The notes beneath the pieces were generated by a model, which was not told the DNA's origin, did not search any database, and was given only the letters and a program-made list of their open reading frames with translations. A stretch of DNA of 64,000 nucleotides from an uncultured Prevotella sp. (GTDB lineage: Bacteria > Bacteroidota > Bacteroidia > Bacteroidales > Bacteroidaceae), in NCBI GenBank assembly GCA_944321645.1, contig CALUMB010000002.1, forward strand, positions 9,209 through 73,208, read 5' to 3'. This document shows, one piece after another, positions 38,661 to 48,218 of this stretch. Numbering within the stretch: position 1 is the first letter of the stretch; every line of letters begins with the position of its first letter. Position numbers and translations under genes: made by a program.

Positions 38661-40523
38661 ATGGAAATAATCCGCATGGTGAGGCGACTTTTGGGCTATG
38701 TTTTCTATCCCATAGGCAAAAGCCCCGCCTTCTTTGTGTTCATGTATGTGCTCTGCTGCTTGTGCAACAGGCTCGAAACGCCCACTTTCTCGCGGTTGGG
38801 GCTTGCCGAACTCTTTGTCGACCTCTACGTGCTCTGCGTGGTGCTGGCCTGCATCCCGTGGCGTGCCAGGCGGTGGGTGAAGGGCGCCATCTATGTGGTG
38901 ATGTACGCAACCTCCATCGTAGATATGTACTGCAAGGTGAAGTTCGGCTCGACCCTCACGCCCACCATGCTCCTGCTGGTGGGCGAGACGACGGGCAGCG
39001 AGGCCGCCGAGTTCCTCGAGTCATACGTGGGGTGGGAGCTGTTGCGCACGAACCTCGGCTGGGTGCTGCTCATACTCGCCGTGCATATATTATATAATGT
39101 GTTCATGTCCATGGTGCGCCGCCACAAGCTGCGCCTCAACATGGACATGAAGCTCGTGCACCGGCTTGCCGCCATAGTGCTGCCGCTGCTCGGACTGGTG
39201 TCGATTTTTATGATTGAGGTGGGCATATCCGAGCGCACCTGGAACAAGAAAGCCTTCGTGAGGCTGATTACTTACGACGACATAGGCGAAGTGGAGCACG
39301 AGATGCAGCGCCCGGGCCACTCGGAGCTGTACCTGCCCGTCTACCGCCTGGCCTTCAGCCTCTACGCCAACAACCTGGCCGCCCGCCAGACGCGCACCCT
39401 CATCGAGGGCATCGACCGCGTGGAGGTGGACAGCTGCGCGTTCCGGTGTCCCAACATCGTGCTCGTCATAGGCGAGAGCTACAACCGCCACCACTCGCAG
39501 CTCTACGGCTACAACCACCCCACCACGCCGCGCCAGGTGAGCCGGGCGGAGGCCGGGGAGCTGGCCGTGTTCACCGACGTGGTTACCCCGTGGAACCTCA
39601 CGAGCTACGTGTTCAAGCTCGTGCTCTCGCTCTACACCGTGGGCGACGAGGGGCAGTGGTGCGACTATCCGCTCTTCCCCGAGGTGTTCCGCAAGGCCGG
39701 CTACCGCGTGACCTTCGTCACAAACCAGTTCCTGCCGCAGGCCCGCGATGCCATCTACGACTTCAGCGGCGGCTTCTTCCTCAACAACCCGACGCTCAGC
39801 GAGGCGCAGTTCGACGTGCGCAACGCCTCGCTCCACGCCTTCGACGACGGCGTGCTGGCCGACTACGACGCGCTAGTGGACTCCGGCCTGGTGGACATTG
39901 GCACGGCAGCCGACCGCAACCTTATAATACTCCACCTGATGGGGCAGCACGTCAACTACCGCGACCGCACGCCGCAGGCGCAGAAGAAGTTCACTGCCAA
40001 CGACTACGGCGAGCGCAAGCTCAACCGCCGCGAGAAGTGGATACTGTCCGACTACGACAACGCCACGCTCTACAACGACTCCATCGTGGACGAGATACTC
40101 CGGCGGTTTGAAGACAAGGACGCCGTGGTGGTCTACATGCCAGACCACGCCGAGGAGTGCTACGGCGGGCTGCGCGTGTTCGGGCGGATGCACAACGCCG
40201 ACATCGACTACCGCCTGGCCGCCGAAGAGTTCGAGATTCCCTTCTGGGTGTGGTGCTCCGAGAGCTTTGCCAAGGCGCGGCCGGAGCTGGCCGAGGCAAT
40301 ACGCAACGCGCGCCACCGCCCGTTCATGACCGACCGCATGGCACACTTCCTGCTCGGCCTGGCCGGGATAGACACCCCGGCCTACCGCGCCGACTGCGAC
40401 CCGCTCTCGCCGGAATACGACGAGGACCGCCCAAGGGTGCTGAAAAACACCGCTGACTACGACAAACTTAGGGAAGAACATGAACAAAAGAGCGATGTCT
40501 GCGCAGTGTCTCTCCGTCAGTGA
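38661..40523 (+). CDS. eptA: Phosphoethanolamine transferase (EptA/CptA family)
   Basis: N-terminal TM helices, 'VLVIGES', catalytic Thr region 'WNLTSY', 'HLMGQH', 'YDNATLYND', 'PDHAE'; TAATTTTG at 38633-38640. Confidence 0.85.
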   Translation: MEIIRMVRRLLGYVFYPIGKSPAFFVFMYVLCCLCNRLETPTFSRLGLAELFVDLYVLCVVLACIPWRARRWVKGAIYVVMYATSIVDMYCKVKFGSTLTPTMLLLVGETTGSEAAEFLESYVGWELLRTNLGWVLLILAVHILYNVFMSMVRRHKLRLNMDMKLVHRLAAIVLPLLGLVSIFMIEVGISERTWNKKAFVRLITYDDIGEVEHEMQRPGHSELYLPVYRLAFSLYANNLAARQTRTLIEGIDRVEVDSCAFRCPNIVLVIGESYNRHHSQLYGYNHPTTPRQVSRAEAGELAVFTDVVTPWNLTSYVFKLVLSLYTVGDEGQWCDYPLFPEVFRKAGYRVTFVTNQFLPQARDAIYDFSGGFFLNNPTLSEAQFDVRNASLHAFDDGVLADYDALVDSGLVDIGTAADRNLIILHLMGQHVNYRDRTPQAQKKFTANDYGERKLNRREKWILSDYDNATLYNDSIVDEILRRFEDKDAVVVYMPDHAEECYGGLRVFGRMHNADIDYRLAAEEFEIPFWVWCSESFAKARPELAEAIRNARHRPFMTDRMAHFLLGLAGIDTPAYRADCDPLSPEYDEDRPRVLKNTADYDKLREEHEQKSDVCAVSLRQ

Positions 40524-41616
40524 GTGCGCCGCGCTGCGCGGCATAGCCATAGCCGGCATAGTGCTGCACAACTACTGCCACTGGCTCGGCTTTGCCGTAA
40601 AGGAGAACGAGTACACCTTCAATTCAGCCAACACCGCCGGGCTTTGGCGGGCCATGGCCGCCGGCGGGGCCGACCTGCCGGTACACCTGCTGTCGTATTT
40701 CGGCCACTACGGCGTGCCGGTGTTCCTCTTCCTGAGCGGCTACGGCCTGTCGATGAAGTATGAGCGTGGCGGCCACGTGCCGCCTGCGCTGCCTTTCGTG
40801 CGCGACCACTACGCCAAGCTGCTGCGCATGATGCTGCCCGGCTTCGCGGCCTTCGCCGTGTTCGACGCCATCACGCCGGGCGCGTTCCACTTCCATGCCG
40901 AGTATATCATAGCCCAGTTGCTCATGCTCATCAACCTCGCGCCGCACCCCAGCAGCGTGATTTGGCCCGGCCCGTACTGGTTCTTCGGCCTCATGCTGCA
41001 GCTCTACGCCGTCTACCGCCTCGCGCTCTGCCGCCGGGGGTGGCGCTGGGCCGTGGCCGTGGCCCTGGCGTGCTGGGCTGCCCAGGCCGTGTGCCAGCCC
41101 ATGGGCAACGCCCTCAACTGCCTGCGCTACAACTGCGTGGGCGGCATGGTGCCTTTCGTTGCGGGCCTCTTGGCCGCCCGCTACGTGCCGGCGGGGCGCG
41201 TGCTCGCCGTAGGGCGCAAGTGGTGGTGGGCGTTGCTGGCCTGCTCGCTGGCCGTGCTGCTGGCCTGCTGCGCGTCGTTCCAGGCGTGGCTGTGGGCGCC
41301 GTTGGCCGCCACTGTGGCCACTGTGGCGGCGGTGAAGGCGCTGCCCGCCGTTGCGCTCCGCCCGCTGTCGTGGCTCGGCGGGGTGTCGGCGGCCATGTTT
41401 GTAGTCCACCCGCTGCTCCGCAAGGTGTTCATACCGATTTCGCGCCGGGGCGACGTCTACGACGGGCTGGTGCTCTATGCCGTGGCCACGGTGGCCGTGG
41501 CGTGGATGGCGATGGAAGTCGTAAAGCGGCAAAAAGGCCCCAAGGGCGGTGCCGCGGCCGATGCCCCGGCTTGCCCGAAGGGCGGCGCCGGCACCCAATC
41601 CGCCCAACAATCCTGA
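40480..41616 (+). CDS. Acyltransferase-3 (OafA-like) membrane O-acyltransferase
   Basis: 'LRGIAI..IVLHN', 'GVPVFLFLSGYGL', 'YWFFGLMLQLY'. Confidence 0.88.
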   Translation: MNKRAMSAQCLSVSECAALRGIAIAGIVLHNYCHWLGFAVKENEYTFNSANTAGLWRAMAAGGADLPVHLLSYFGHYGVPVFLFLSGYGLSMKYERGGHVPPALPFVRDHYAKLLRMMLPGFAAFAVFDAITPGAFHFHAEYIIAQLLMLINLAPHPSSVIWPGPYWFFGLMLQLYAVYRLALCRRGWRWAVAVALACWAAQAVCQPMGNALNCLRYNCVGGMVPFVAGLLAARYVPAGRVLAVGRKWWWALLACSLAVLLACCASFQAWLWAPLAATVATVAAVKALPAVALRPLSWLGGVSAAMFVVHPLLRKVFIPISRRGDVYDGLVLYAVATVAVAWMAMEVVKRQKGPKGGAAADAPACPKGGAGTQSAQQS

Positions 41617-41629
41617 CATTTCCGTGCCT

Positions 41630-42811
41630 ATGCCAAACGCAAACCATACCTTCGGCTGCCTCAGCGCCCACCGCGCCGCGCTCATGGGCGCGGCCATGCT
41701 GATGGTCATACTCTTCCATGTGGGCGGTATGCGCCACGACACCGTGTTCTATTGCATCAGCCGCTGCGGCAACGTGGGCGTCGATGTGTTCCTCTTCCTG
41801 AGCGGCATCGGGCTGTGGTTCTCGTGGGGGAAGGTGATGAAGGCGCACCAGGGGCTTCGCCATGCGGGAAAAGCCAGCGCCTTTGCGAGGCTGCTCGGCT
41901 CGCCATACGCCACGTTCCTGCGCCGCCGCTACGCCAGGGTCTACCCCGCGTGGCTGGTAATCGCGTGCCTGTACTACTTCCCGTCCTACCTCGACGGCAA
42001 GGCGAAGCTCTCCGACACGGTGCTCTCGGTGGCCGTAAACTGGGGCTTCTGGCACCACGACGAGCTGACCTTCTGGTTCATCCCGGCCATAATGATGCTC
42101 TACACCGTCGCCCCTGCCTACATGGAGCTTGTGCGCCGCCACGCCGAGTGGCGGTGGATGCCGGTGGCGGCCATGCTGCTTTGCGTGCTCGTGCAATACT
42201 GGCCGCCGCTCCACTCCGCCGTCGGCCACCTCGAAATCTTCTTCAGCCGCATACCCATCTTCCTCATAGGCATAAACGCCGGGGCGTGGGTGGCGGGCGG
42301 AAAGCCCATAAGCCGCCACGGGTGGTGGCTCTTGGCGGCGCTCTTTGCCATGTCGGCCTTGGCCTGCGTGAACTTCGAGGACGGGCTGCGGGGCCGCTTC
42401 CCGCTGTTCATCGAGCGCATGGCCTACATCCCGCTCACGGTTTCCATGTCGCTGCTGCTGTGCCTTCTGCTTGGCCGCGCCCCGCGCCTGGTAAGCCGCT
42501 CGCTCGCGTTCGTGGGCGGGATAAGCCTCGAGATGTACTTAATCCACGCCGAATACGTGCTGAAGCCCTTGAAACAGCTGCACCTCGGCTACTGGCCTAC
42601 GGCACTGGTCGTGGTCGGCGCGTCGGCCATCCTGGCCTGGGTGCTGCACAAGGTGGTGAACTTTTCGTTCAAAAAAAGCTCTTCCACCCTCTCAAGCCCC
42701 TCTCCGGCTCTCCCCCGTGGGGAGAGGGCCGGGCGCGGCGAGGCGGGGAGGGCCGGCCAATCGCCCACGGACGAGGGGACCGGCAGCGGCGGGGAAGCCG
42801 ACAAACAATGA
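41630..42811 (+). CDS. Acyltransferase-3 membrane O-acyltransferase (C-terminus runs through a REP)
   Basis: 'RAALMGAAML.VILFH', 'GVDVFLFLSGIGL', 'RRYARVYP', 'FWFIP', 'SLEMYLIH'. Confidence 0.88.
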   Translation: MPNANHTFGCLSAHRAALMGAAMLMVILFHVGGMRHDTVFYCISRCGNVGVDVFLFLSGIGLWFSWGKVMKAHQGLRHAGKASAFARLLGSPYATFLRRRYARVYPAWLVIACLYYFPSYLDGKAKLSDTVLSVAVNWGFWHHDELTFWFIPAIMMLYTVAPAYMELVRRHAEWRWMPVAAMLLCVLVQYWPPLHSAVGHLEIFFSRIPIFLIGINAGAWVAGGKPISRHGWWLLAALFAMSALACVNFEDGLRGRFPLFIERMAYIPLTVSMSLLLCLLLGRAPRLVSRSLAFVGGISLEMYLIHAEYVLKPLKQLHLGYWPTALVVVGASAILAWVLHKVVNFSFKKSSSTLSSPSPALPRGERAGRGEAGRAGQSPTDEGTGSGGEADKQ

Positions 42812-42923
42812 AAAAGCGTAAGAGACCCTGCATCATGTCTTCCATCGGTTAGCCCCGCCGCGCCCACTGCCCGACTCGCCGCGCCAAGCACTCTCCCCAC
42901 GGGGGAGAGATGGATAGGGGCTT
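42694..42923. repeat. Inverted REP-like pair
   Basis: 42694-42725 is identical to 27731-27762; 42892-42923 is a near reverse complement of it. Confidence 0.75.
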
Positions 42924-42940
42924 CCTTTTACTTTAGAATT

Positions 42941-43816
42941 ATGCAATACATAAAACTCCTTCGCCCGGAACAATGGGTAAAAAACCTGTTCGTGTTCGTT
43001 CCGGCATTCTTTAGCGGGAGCATAGGCGACAGCGACAGGCTGCTGCCCGCGCTCATGGCGTTTGTTGCGTTCAGCCTCGCGGCCTCGGCTGTCTACTGCC
43101 TTAACGACATAATCGATGCCGACGACGACCGCCGCCACCCGCTCAAGCGGCTGCGCCCCGTGGCCTCCGGCGCCGTGTCGGTAGGCCGCGCATACGCCTT
43201 GATGGCCGCCGCGCTCGCCCTCTCGGCCTTGGCCCTGTGGGCGATGCCTGCCGGACGCGCCGGCGTGGCAGTGGTCGTTGGTGGCTACTTCGCGCTGAAC
43301 GTGGCCTACTGCCTGTGGCTTAAGCGCCACTCCATCGTTGATGTGTGCGTCATTGCCGTAGGCTTCGTGCTGCGCCTGGCGGCAGGCGGTGTGGCCTCCG
43401 GCGTGTACTTGAGCCATTGGGTGGTGCTGATGACGTTTCTCGTCACGCTGTTCCTCGCGCTGGCAAAGCGGCGCGACGACGTGCTGCGCATGAACAAGAC
43501 CGGCAAGGCGCCGCGCAAGAACACCTCGCGCTACAACCTCACGTTTATGAACCAGGCCATCACCATGACGGCCTCGGTCACGGTGGTGTGCTATATAATG
43601 TACACCGTGTCGCCCGACGTGGCCGGGCGGTTTGGCACTAAGTACCTCTACCTGACCAGCGTGTTCGTGGTGGTGGGCCTGCTGCGCTACATCCAGATTA
43701 CCTTCGTTGACGAGAAGAGCGGCGACCCCACCGCCATTGCCCTCCACGACCGCTTCATACAGGTGGTGCTGGCGTGCTGGTGCCTGTCGTTCTTCGCCAT
43801 AATCTACCTGTCCTGA
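42941..43816 (+). CDS. UbiA-family polyprenyl-phosphate phosphoribosyltransferase (DPPR synthase-like)
   Basis: 'LLRPEQWVKNLFVF', 'YCLNDIID...DRRHP.KR.RPVASG', 'LFLALAKRR', 'GDPT'. Confidence 0.88.
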   Translation: MQYIKLLRPEQWVKNLFVFVPAFFSGSIGDSDRLLPALMAFVAFSLAASAVYCLNDIIDADDDRRHPLKRLRPVASGAVSVGRAYALMAAALALSALALWAMPAGRAGVAVVVGGYFALNVAYCLWLKRHSIVDVCVIAVGFVLRLAAGGVASGVYLSHWVVLMTFLVTLFLALAKRRDDVLRMNKTGKAPRKNTSRYNLTFMNQAITMTASVTVVCYIMYTVSPDVAGRFGTKYLYLTSVFVVVGLLRYIQITFVDEKSGDPTAIALHDRFIQVVLACWCLSFFAIIYLS

Positions 43817-43819
43817 AGC

Positions 43820-45853
43820 ATGGGGGAGCCAAAGACCATCTACGCCTTCGACTTCGACGGCACGCTCACCACGCGCGACACTCTGATAGAGTTCGTGGCC
43901 TTCGCCTGCGGGCGGCGCGCCCTCGTGGCGTGGCTCGTGGCCCACTTGCCGCTGCTCGTGCTGATGAAGCTGCGCCTCGTGTCCAACCACAAGATGAAGC
44001 AGCGGCTCTTCGCCCACTTCTTCGGCGGCATGGCCGAGGAAGACTTCGACATTCTCTGCCGCCGCTTTGCCTCCGAACGCGCCTGCCTCTTGCGCCCGGA
44101 GGGCTTGGCTACGATGGAAAGGGCGGCTGGCGAAGGCGCCGAAATAGTGGTGGTGAGCGCGAGCGTGGACAACTGGGTAAGCCCGTTCTTCAGCCGCCTT
44201 GGCCACCGCGTGACCGTGCTCGGCACCAAGGTGGAGGTGGACGGCGGGCGGCTCACGGGCCGCTTTGCCACGCGCAACTGCTATGGCCCGGAGAAGGTGA
44301 GGCGCATGGAGGAGGCGTTCCCGGGCCGCGGGGGCTACCGCGTGGTGGCCTTCGGCGACAGCCGGGGCGACCGCGAGCTGCTCGCGTGGGCCGACGAGGG
44401 CCACTACAAGCCGTGGAGGGGCTTTGAAGAGCCGTGGAGGGGCTTCCGCCTCTTCTCAATATTCAAGGTAAGGCGCGACGAAAGGCTGCCGGCTGCCGTG
44501 GCCGCCGCGGTGGCCGTGGCGCTCAACGCGCTGTTTGTGCTTAAGATGCACGCCGTGTTCACGCCGCTGCGCCCGGCGGCGGAGATGCAGCGGGTGATGC
44601 TACGCCACTTCGGCGTGGCGGGCTACGACCCGCTCACGCTCATCACCGTGTCGTCGTGGATAGACATCTACAACGTGGAGCGGCACCCGCTGCTGGCCTT
44701 CCTCATAGCCCCGCTGAGCCTCTTGAACAGTGGCCTGGCGCGGCTCACGGGCGCAGACTGCGCCCTGTTCATCGCCGCCGCGCTCATGTCGGCCTGCGCC
44801 TTCTACTCGTTTGTGTTCATCAGGCGCATCTTCACCGACGTGATGGAGCTGCGACGCGCCGACGCCAACCTGCTCACGGTGCTGTTCGCCTCGTTTGCCT
44901 ACGTGATGGTGATAAGCTTCACGCCCGACCACTTCGGCTTCTCGCAGTGCATGCTCCTGATTGTGCTCTACGTGGCAGGCATGAGGATAAGGAAGCGCAG
45001 GGCGGTGCCTACGTGGCAGATGGCCGTGCTCTTCCTCTTCGCCACGGGCATAACCACCACCAACTGCGTCAAGGCTGCCTTGATGCAGCTCGTGGTCAAC
45101 GGCAAGAAGTTCTTCCGCCCGCGCAACCTCCTCTTGGGCATCGGCGTGCCGGCCCTGCTGCTCTGGGGCTTCTGCAAGTTCGAGCACAAGGTGTTTGTGG
45201 CTCCGATAGACAAGGTGCGCCACGAGGCCAGGCTCAAGCGGCAGGCCGCCAGGCAGGCCGAGGAGGCGAGGGCGATGAAGCTGTATGCCCAGGCCGACTC
45301 GGCCACGAGGGCGGAGTTGGCAAAGAAGATGGTGAAGAAGCGGGTGGCGCCCAAGGCGGGGCGGCCGATAAGCAACGACGGCATGATGCGCTGGAGCGAC
45401 GTGACCACGCCGCGCTGGCCCACTATAGTGGAGAACCTGATGGGCGAACCGCTGCAGCTGCACGGCCGATACCTGCTGGGCGACGTGCTGCGCTCGAGGC
45501 CCGTGTTCGTGGAATACGAGTATGCGGCCAACTACATTGCCGAGGCCATGGCCGCGCTTCTCTTCCTCGTGGGCGTGGCCTGCGGCTTGCGCAGCCGCTT
45601 CCTCTGGCTCGCCCTCGGCTGGTTTGCCTTCGACATGACGCTCCACCTCGGCCTCGGCTTCGGCATAAACGAGGTGTACATCATGTCGCCCCACTGGCTC
45701 TTCGTGTTCCCCGTGGCCATGGCCTTCGCCTTCCGCCGGGCAGAGGGCAAGCCGCTTGTCGCGCTGCGGGTGGCGGTGGGGTGCCTCGCGGCGTGGCTGC
45801 TGGCCTACAACGGTTGGCTGCTCGGCGGCTACCTGCTCGCCCCGGCGGCGTAG
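43820..45853 (+). CDS. HAD-IB phosphatase fused to a polytopic membrane domain (DUF6080-like)
   Basis: 'FDFDGTLT..DT', 'VSAS', 'NCYGPEK', 'FGDSRGD'; then 'GYDP', 'RHPLL', 'PDHF', 'GFGINEVYIM..HW' among many hydrophobic helices. Confidence 0.8.
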   Translation: MGEPKTIYAFDFDGTLTTRDTLIEFVAFACGRRALVAWLVAHLPLLVLMKLRLVSNHKMKQRLFAHFFGGMAEEDFDILCRRFASERACLLRPEGLATMERAAGEGAEIVVVSASVDNWVSPFFSRLGHRVTVLGTKVEVDGGRLTGRFATRNCYGPEKVRRMEEAFPGRGGYRVVAFGDSRGDRELLAWADEGHYKPWRGFEEPWRGFRLFSIFKVRRDERLPAAVAAAVAVALNALFVLKMHAVFTPLRPAAEMQRVMLRHFGVAGYDPLTLITVSSWIDIYNVERHPLLAFLIAPLSLLNSGLARLTGADCALFIAAALMSACAFYSFVFIRRIFTDVMELRRADANLLTVLFASFAYVMVISFTPDHFGFSQCMLLIVLYVAGMRIRKRRAVPTWQMAVLFLFATGITTTNCVKAALMQLVVNGKKFFRPRNLLLGIGVPALLLWGFCKFEHKVFVAPIDKVRHEARLKRQAARQAEEARAMKLYAQADSATRAELAKKMVKKRVAPKAGRPISNDGMMRWSDVTTPRWPTIVENLMGEPLQLHGRYLLGDVLRSRPVFVEYEYAANYIAEAMAALLFLVGVACGLRSRFLWLALGWFAFDMTLHLGLGFGINEVYIMSPHWLFVFPVAMAFAFRRAEGKPLVALRVAVGCLAAWLLAYNGWLLGGYLLAPAA

Positions 45854-45896
45854 TTGGCGCGTGGGCGGCTTCCGGCTTCCGGCTCTGCGGCCAAGT

Positions 45897-46100
45897 GTTA
45901 ACCATCGTAAAAGGCAGGGGTTCGCACGCGGCTGCGTAACCGTTTGGTTTCCAGCGGGTTGCGAAACGGGCTGTTTTGCGCTCCAAAACGGCACGTTTTA
46001 GAAGCCAAAACGGCACGTTTCGCAGCCTGAAACGGCACGTTTTGGAAAGCGGAACGGCCGGTGCCGGTTTGCGGCGCAGGCCGTTTAACAAGCGTTAACG
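45897..46100 (+). repeat. Phased-palindrome intergenic element, copy E (subtype 2)
   Basis: GTTAAC at 45897; dyad 45936-45962; units at 45964, 45986, 46008, 46030 (half unit at 46052); ends ccgtttaacaagcgttaacg. Confidence 0.85.
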
Positions 46101-46157
46101 CCCTTTGCGCACCCATGGCAAGCCGCCGTTGCGCTTGCCATGGGTGCGCAAAGGGCG
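46099..46157. terminator. Perfect 25-bp hairpin between convergent genes
   Basis: 46099-46123 is the exact reverse complement of 46133-46157; no U-tract. Confidence 0.55.
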
Positions 46158-46165
46158 ATGGCTGC

Positions 46166-47185
46166 CTAATGGTGGCGCACGAGTCCGAGCGTCTTCAGCA
46201 CGCGGTTGCGCACGGCGCGGGCTATTATGCCGAAGTTGCCGTGGCGCAGGTTGAGCGCAAGCTCCTCGAGCGACCGCCCCGCCTTAATCCAAGGGTGGCC
46301 GTAGGCCATGGTGCGGTAGACGCGCTCCTTGTACTCCACGTTCTCTATCACGTAGCGCGGGTGGCGCAGCGGCCACTCCAGTTCGTAGCGCGGCATGGTG
46401 AACATACGGCGCAGGCGGCGCGGCATGGTGGCCAGGCTGTTGGTGTAGTGGGTTGACTCGGCGGAGGCGCCGAGGTTGTTCACGAGGTTGCGCGTAGGCA
46501 CGATGGCCAGCCCGGAGCCGAGCATGGCGTTGGCCCATAGTATGGTCTCGTAGTACTCGCGCCCCGTGTCGCGGTGGCTTTGGCAGGCGCGTAGCGTGTC
46601 GAAGTTCATCTTGCGCTGCCGCATGAGCGCGCGCAGCTGCCCCATGTCGTAGTCGCGGTCGAGGAACGAGTAGTCGCCCTCCCACCTGTCCACCACCCTC
46701 CGCCACGAGGCCCAGCCCCAGATGGACATATACGAGGTGAACAGGTAGTCGTAGGGGCAGCCGTCGATGCGCTCCTCGCTGTTGAAGCCTGACACCATCA
46801 CTATGCGCTCGTCGTGCTCGTAGCGGTCGAGCATCTCCTTGCAGAAGGGGAAGAACGACTGCGACGGCACGTCGTCGTCTTCGAGCACTATGCACTTGTC
46901 TGCCAGCGAGAACGCCCACTTTTGCGAAATATACTCCGAGGGGTCGCAGCCGAAGTTGCGCTCCTGGTACATTTGCCTCACGTCGCACTCCCAGTCGATG
47001 TCGGCCACCACCTCGCGGCACTCCATTATGCCCTTCATGTCGCGCTCGCCGCGCGGGCCGTCCTGGTAGAGGAACAGGCGCGAAGGCCGCGCCTTGCGCA
47101 CCTCGGCGAACACTTTGCGTAGCGAGTCGGGGCGGTTGAAGAACAGTATCAGCACCGCGATGTCTATCTTTGCAGGATGTTTCAT
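46166..47185 (-). CDS. GT-A fold nucleotide-sugar glycosyltransferase (family often mislabelled 'hemolysin activation protein')
   Basis: 'LILFFNRP', 'DGPR', 'IVLEDDDVP..SFF.FC..ML.RY', 'IWGWASWRR', 'NLVNNLG'. Confidence 0.8.
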   Translation of the reverse strand: MKHPAKIDIAVLILFFNRPDSLRKVFAEVRKARPSRLFLYQDGPRGERDMKGIMECREVVADIDWECDVRQMYQERNFGCDPSEYISQKWAFSLADKCIVLEDDDVPSQSFFPFCKEMLDRYEHDERIVMVSGFNSEERIDGCPYDYLFTSYMSIWGWASWRRVVDRWEGDYSFLDRDYDMGQLRALMRQRKMNFDTLRACQSHRDTGREYYETILWANAMLGSGLAIVPTRNLVNNLGASAESTHYTNSLATMPRRLRRMFTMPRYELEWPLRHPRYVIENVEYKERVYRTMAYGHPWIKAGRSLEELALNLRHGNFGIIARAVRNRVLKTLGLVRHH

Positions 47186-48192
47186 GTCGTGCTCCTTTCT
47201 GCCGCATCTCCGGTTGCAGCGCAGCCGCCGTCAATCCCTCTCCCTGCGGGGGAGAGGCGGAGAGGGGCTTTATACGTGTCTATGCTGTTGCCGTCGTATG
47301 CCTCGTGGCTCGCCAGCCGCGCCCCGGCGGGTATCCCGGCTGCCTTGGTGCCGCGCCCGAACGTCTCCGGCGACGTCTCGACGCGGATTTCGTCCCACAG
47401 CCCGGCGTCGATGAACGCGCGGTGGGTGGCCGCCCCGCCCTCTACGAGCAGCGACTGCAGGCCCTCGCTGCGGCATTCGGCCACCACGTCGTCAAGCCCG
47501 TGGCTGCGGCTGAGCACGAAGCGGCGCGGCGCGGGGCCGCCCCAGCGGCGCGTGTCGAGGCGCGGGCGGTCGCGCTCGGCGGTCACCCTGCCTACGACTA
47601 TCGCCTGGCACTCCGCCCGCAGCTTGTGGGCGAGCATCTGCGTGAACGGCGTTGAAATCATGGTGGGCCTGGAGTCGCGGTCGATGTAGCCGTCGGCCGA
47701 CTGCGCCCACTTCAATGTAATGTAGGGCCGGCCAAGCGTCTGGAACGTGATGAAGCGGCGGTTCAGAGCGCGGCACTCCTCCTCGAGCACGCCCACGGCC
47801 ACCTCTATGCCCGCCTCGCGCAGCTTCCTTATGCCCCGGCCCTCCACCTTGGCGAAGGGATCGACGCACCCCACCACCACACGCCTGACGCCCTTGGCCA
47901 CTATCAGGTCGGCGCAGGGCGGTGTCTTGCCGTAGTGGGCGCACGGCTCCAGGCTCACGTACATGGTCGACTGGCGCAGCAGCGGCTCGTCGGTGGGCTT
48001 CACCGAGGCGAAGGCGTTCACCTCGGCGTGGCCTTCGCCGCAGCGCACGTGGTAGCCCTCGCCTATGATTCTGCCCCCCGGGGCCACTATCACCGCGCCC
48101 ACCATGGGGTTGGGCCGCGCCCCGTAGATGCCGCAGGCGGCTATCTGGAGGCAGCGGCGCATATATGTTTCGTCGTCGTATGTTTGGCTCAT
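47182..48192 (-). CDS. ribD: Riboflavin biosynthesis deaminase/reductase RibD
   Basis: 'PNPMVGAVIV', 'HAEVNA', 'LEPCAHYGKTPPCAD', 'LKWAQSADG', 'LVEGGA'. Confidence 0.95.
   Translation of the reverse strand: MSQTYDDETYMRRCLQIAACGIYGARPNPMVGAVIVAPGGRIIGEGYHVRCGEGHAEVNAFASVKPTDEPLLRQSTMYVSLEPCAHYGKTPPCADLIVAKGVRRVVVGCVDPFAKVEGRGIRKLREAGIEVAVGVLEEECRALNRRFITFQTLGRPYITLKWAQSADGYIDRDSRPTMISTPFTQMLAHKLRAECQAIVVGRVTAERDRPRLDTRRWGGPAPRRFVLSRSHGLDDVVAECRSEGLQSLLVEGGAATHRAFIDAGLWDEIRVETSPETFGRGTKAAGIPAGARLASHEAYDGNSIDTYKAPLRLSPAGRGIDGGCAATGDAAERSTT
47236..47270 (-). repeat. REP-like palindrome inside the ribD 3' end
   Basis: ccctctccctgcgggggagaggcggagaggggctt. Confidence 0.65.
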
Positions 48193-48218
48193 AGCGGGAT
48201 TTTTCTTAACTTTGCATT

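Noticed and set aside
46166-47185. Hemolysin activator / toxin system
   Set aside because: Motifs fit a GT-A glycosyltransferase, and there is no toxin or secretion partner nearby.
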